DNA of 28,465 bases, taken from the IMG/VR virus record IMGVR_UViG_3300044695_004146, positions 1-28,465 of that record. The stretch is one strand, 5' to 3'. Made by a program: the position numbers and the translations under genes. Of the stretch, positions 26,147 to 28,465 are shown piece after piece (positions within the stretch are counted from its first letter, which is position 1; every line of letters begins with the position of its first letter). Source of the DNA: a virus (lineage: Duplodnaviria > Caudoviricetes). The notes below the pieces were generated by a model, which made no database searches, had not been told where the DNA came from, and worked only from the letters and a program-made list of their open reading frames with translations.

Positions 26147-27190
26147 ATGAAACAAACTGTATTAATTACTGGCGTGGCGGGATTGTTGGGATCACGATTG
26201 GCTGATTGGATTATCAAAAATCACCCTGATGTAGAAGTTATCGGTGTTGATGATTTTAGTGGTGGGTATCAAGAAAATATAAACCCATCGGTTAAATTTT
26301 ATAATATTGATTTAGGAACACAGAATTGTGGATATGTGTTTGACACACACCAGATTGATATCGTATATCACTTCGCTGCTTATGCAGCGGAAGCACTGTC
26401 TCCATTTATTCGACAATACAATTATACCAACAATTTACTGGCAACGGCAGGGGTTATCAATCAGTGTATTAAACACGATGTGAAACGATTGGTATTTACT
26501 TCGTCGATGGGTGTGTATGGATTTGGTGCTGGTGAACCACCGTTTCATGAAGATATGGCACGAGCACCTATTGACTCATACGGTATCGCCAAAGCAGCAT
26601 GTGAACAAGATATCGAAGTCGCTGGCGTGCAACACGGATTGGATTGGTGTATTATTCGACCACACAATGTATTTGGCGCTAATCAGAACATTTGGGACAG
26701 TTATCGTAATGTGTTAGGTATTTGGATGTATAAACATTTAACCGACCAACCATTAACTATCTTCGGGGATGGTAATCAGATCCGTGCATTTAGTTGTATT
26801 GATGATTCACTTGAACCACTCTGGCGGGCAGGAACAGATCCTAAAGCATCAAAGCAAATTGTTAATCTTGGTGGTATTCACGAATACACTATCAACGAAG
26901 CTGCACATACTTTGATTGATGTAATGGGTAGTGGGGAAGTCAAATATCTTCCACCACGGCACGAAGTTAAGTATGCATACCCAACATGGCAGAAATCTGT
27001 AGATGTTCTTGGTTTTGAACATAAGACGGATTTACATGAAGGATTAAAGAAAATGTGGGAGTGGGCAAAGGTACAACCAGAACGCCCACGACAGGTATGG
27101 AGTAAATATGAAGTAGAAAAAGGTATTTATCCTTTCTGGAAAACTGATGTGTTGGTGCAAGAAGCAAAGACCGTTAAACTTAAAAATTAA
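26147..27190 (+). CDS. NAD-dependent nucleotide-sugar epimerase/dehydratase (extended SDR)
   Basis: TGVAGLLG, HFAA, TSSMGVYG, YGIAK (YxxxK), RPHNVFG and GDGNQIRAF motifs. Confidence 0.9.
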   Translation: MKQTVLITGVAGLLGSRLADWIIKNHPDVEVIGVDDFSGGYQENINPSVKFYNIDLGTQNCGYVFDTHQIDIVYHFAAYAAEALSPFIRQYNYTNNLLATAGVINQCIKHDVKRLVFTSSMGVYGFGAGEPPFHEDMARAPIDSYGIAKAACEQDIEVAGVQHGLDWCIIRPHNVFGANQNIWDSYRNVLGIWMYKHLTDQPLTIFGDGNQIRAFSCIDDSLEPLWRAGTDPKASKQIVNLGGIHEYTINEAAHTLIDVMGSGEVKYLPPRHEVKYAYPTWQKSVDVLGFEHKTDLHEGLKKMWEWAKVQPERPRQVWSKYEVEKGIYPFWKTDVLVQEAKTVKLKN

Positions 27191-27191
27191 T

Positions 27192-28004
27192 ATGATTTCA
27201 GTTATTATCCCATCATATCGTAATGCAAAATATTTGGATTTATGTTTGAAATCATTGATTGATGGTCAAGTCAACAAAAATCAAATCATTGTTATACTAG
27301 ATGGATACGCAGAAGAAAGTTTACCTACGCTAGAAAAATATAAAGATATAGAAGTATTAGATTTAGAATCTAATCGGGGTATGCAGACCGCTATTAATAT
27401 GGGTGTGTGGAATGCAACGAGTGAAAAGATTCTTATCATTAATGATGATAATGTATTTCCTCCTGAATGGGATGTTCGTATAGAAGAACAGTATCATCCA
27501 AACACAATCATTACTATCAATCAAATAGAACCTACGGGGCCTGGTATGTTCCAGTTCCCTGTAGGAGATTGCGGACACACGGTGGAAACCTTTGACATGG
27601 ATAAGTTTATCCGTTTGGAGAAAGAAACATCTCACAATCGTATGACAAAAGATGGAAACATTTTTCCATTTTTGATTAACAAGAAATGGTTTATGGCTGT
27701 GGGTGGGTTTGATACTTTCTATAATTCTCCGAATTTGTGTGATTGGGATTTCTTTCTAAAATTGGAACTTATTCCCACGATAGGACACGCCAGAATTCAT
27801 AATGTACATTTATATCATTTTGGTTCTGTAGCAACCAAAAAGAATGCTGAAAGTTTAAAATTTAAAGAAAAAGAACAGTTTGCTGTACAACAATATTTAT
27901 ATAAATGGAAGTTCACCCCTCATAATGGGAACAACAATACAAAAATTCCAGATGGACACTTTTACAAACAAGGAGAATTGGGAAATGCCAACGTGGCAAG
28001 GTGA
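27192..28004 (+). CDS. GT2 family glycosyltransferase
   Basis: ISVIIPSY, ILDG, NRGM..AIN.G, INDDN and VGGFD...DWDF motifs. Confidence 0.88.
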   Translation: MISVIIPSYRNAKYLDLCLKSLIDGQVNKNQIIVILDGYAEESLPTLEKYKDIEVLDLESNRGMQTAINMGVWNATSEKILIINDDNVFPPEWDVRIEEQYHPNTIITINQIEPTGPGMFQFPVGDCGHTVETFDMDKFIRLEKETSHNRMTKDGNIFPFLINKKWFMAVGGFDTFYNSPNLCDWDFFLKLELIPTIGHARIHNVHLYHFGSVATKKNAESLKFKEKEQFAVQQYLYKWKFTPHNGNNNTKIPDGHFYKQGELGNANVAR

Positions 28005-28200
28005 TATTGTGGTCGATGACGATGATGAATATGATAAATTCTATGACGACGAACTAGATTATTACGAGGAGGAATTTGGACTTGAGGATGGTTATGAAGG
28101 ATTTGAAAAGATCCGTCATCCCCGACGTTCCGAAGAAGAATCCAAACATGGAAAGAAACGAAGTAGCGTCAAACACCAAAAGCGTCCAGATAAGGAATAA
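27985..28200 (+). CDS. Small bipolar protein (acidic N-half, basic C-half)
   Basis: SD AAGGAG at 27970; MPTWQGDIVVDDDDEYDKFYDDELDYYEEEF...KHGKKRSSVKHQKRPDKE. Confidence 0.65.
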   Translation: MPTWQGDIVVDDDDEYDKFYDDELDYYEEEFGLEDGYEGFEKIRHPRRSEEESKHGKKRSSVKHQKRPDKE

Positions 28201-28277
28201 CTTATTGTCGGTAACTATTTATCTAGTAGACCGTATTGTACGGCTAGTAGGAAAGAATGGTACACACCGAGATTCAT

Positions 28278-28465
28278 ATGGCAATACAGCTAGACGAACA
28301 GACAGCAGTAACATTACCATTGAAAACAGCAATCATGCTAGCCTTTGCATTGGTTTCTGCAACATTATTTGTATTTCATATTGAAAGTAGAATTGATGAT
28401 ATAGAAGCAACTGTTTCTAGAAAATCTGTTGCCTGGGACGCCGCCGGCAAATTTACTGCGGAATT
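28278..28465 (+). CDS. Single-TM membrane protein, 3' truncated by window
   Basis: Open frame MAIQLDEQTAVTLPLKTAIMLAFALVSATLFVFHIESRIDDIEATV... runs off the end (alternative ATG at 28257). Confidence 0.6.
   Translation, partial: MAIQLDEQTAVTLPLKTAIMLAFALVSATLFVFHIESRIDDIEATVSRKSVAWDAAGKFTAE

Noticed and set aside
327-27635. Minus-strand ORFs in the track (e.g. 22858-23331, 11062-11421, 7607-7951)
   Set aside because: All are antisense shadows of well-supported + strand genes and have no recognisable motifs.
9448-28004. Bacterial capsule or O-antigen locus
   Set aside because: No wzx/wzy/kps/ABC export genes, and the flanks carry T4-like clamp loaders, Mom and phage hypotheticals; a cellular origin is unlikely but not excluded from this window alone.
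28076-28384. 102-aa + strand ORF
   Set aside because: Overlaps two better-supported ORFs (27985-28200 and 28278 onward) in another frame and crosses the intergenic motif.
1-28465. Stop-codon reassignment, as in some large phages
   Set aside because: Genes tile densely and appear full-length under the standard code; TAA, TGA and TAG all end genes at sensible boundaries.

Overview
AT-rich, gene-dense window with essentially all genes on the + strand, most likely from a large T4-like tailed phage. Family calls come from motif recognition by eye, not database searches. 1-8015: replication and accessory genes, namely gp44- and gp62-like clamp-loader subunits, ClpP, a Mom-like DNA-modifying GNAT, a Cas4/RecB-like nuclease, a SpoU RNA methyltransferase, a DUF3310-like protein, a cupin, a metallophosphoesterase and small hypotheticals. 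8090-9427: a GIY-YIG nuclease domain, a small RHH-like protein and a His/Pro-repeat protein. 9448-28004: an ~18.5 kb glycan-biosynthesis island with two GT4, a GT11, several GT-A enzymes, GDP-mannose 3,5-epimerase, a second SDR epimerase and two methyltransferases. The island's core (17542-23776) is the best candidate for an undescribed system: RibB, a beta-flower-like repeat protein, a kinase, two nucleotidyltransferase-fold proteins, a HAD phosphatase, an atypical transaldolase-family enzyme, a cupin and a form IV RuBisCO-like protein with a remodelled active site. Together these suggest a virus-encoded route to an unusual ketose-derived or branched nucleotide sugar. Also notable is a 55-bp palindromic insertion flanked by a 19-bp duplication (5425-5498); removing it restores a Zn-finger ORF.
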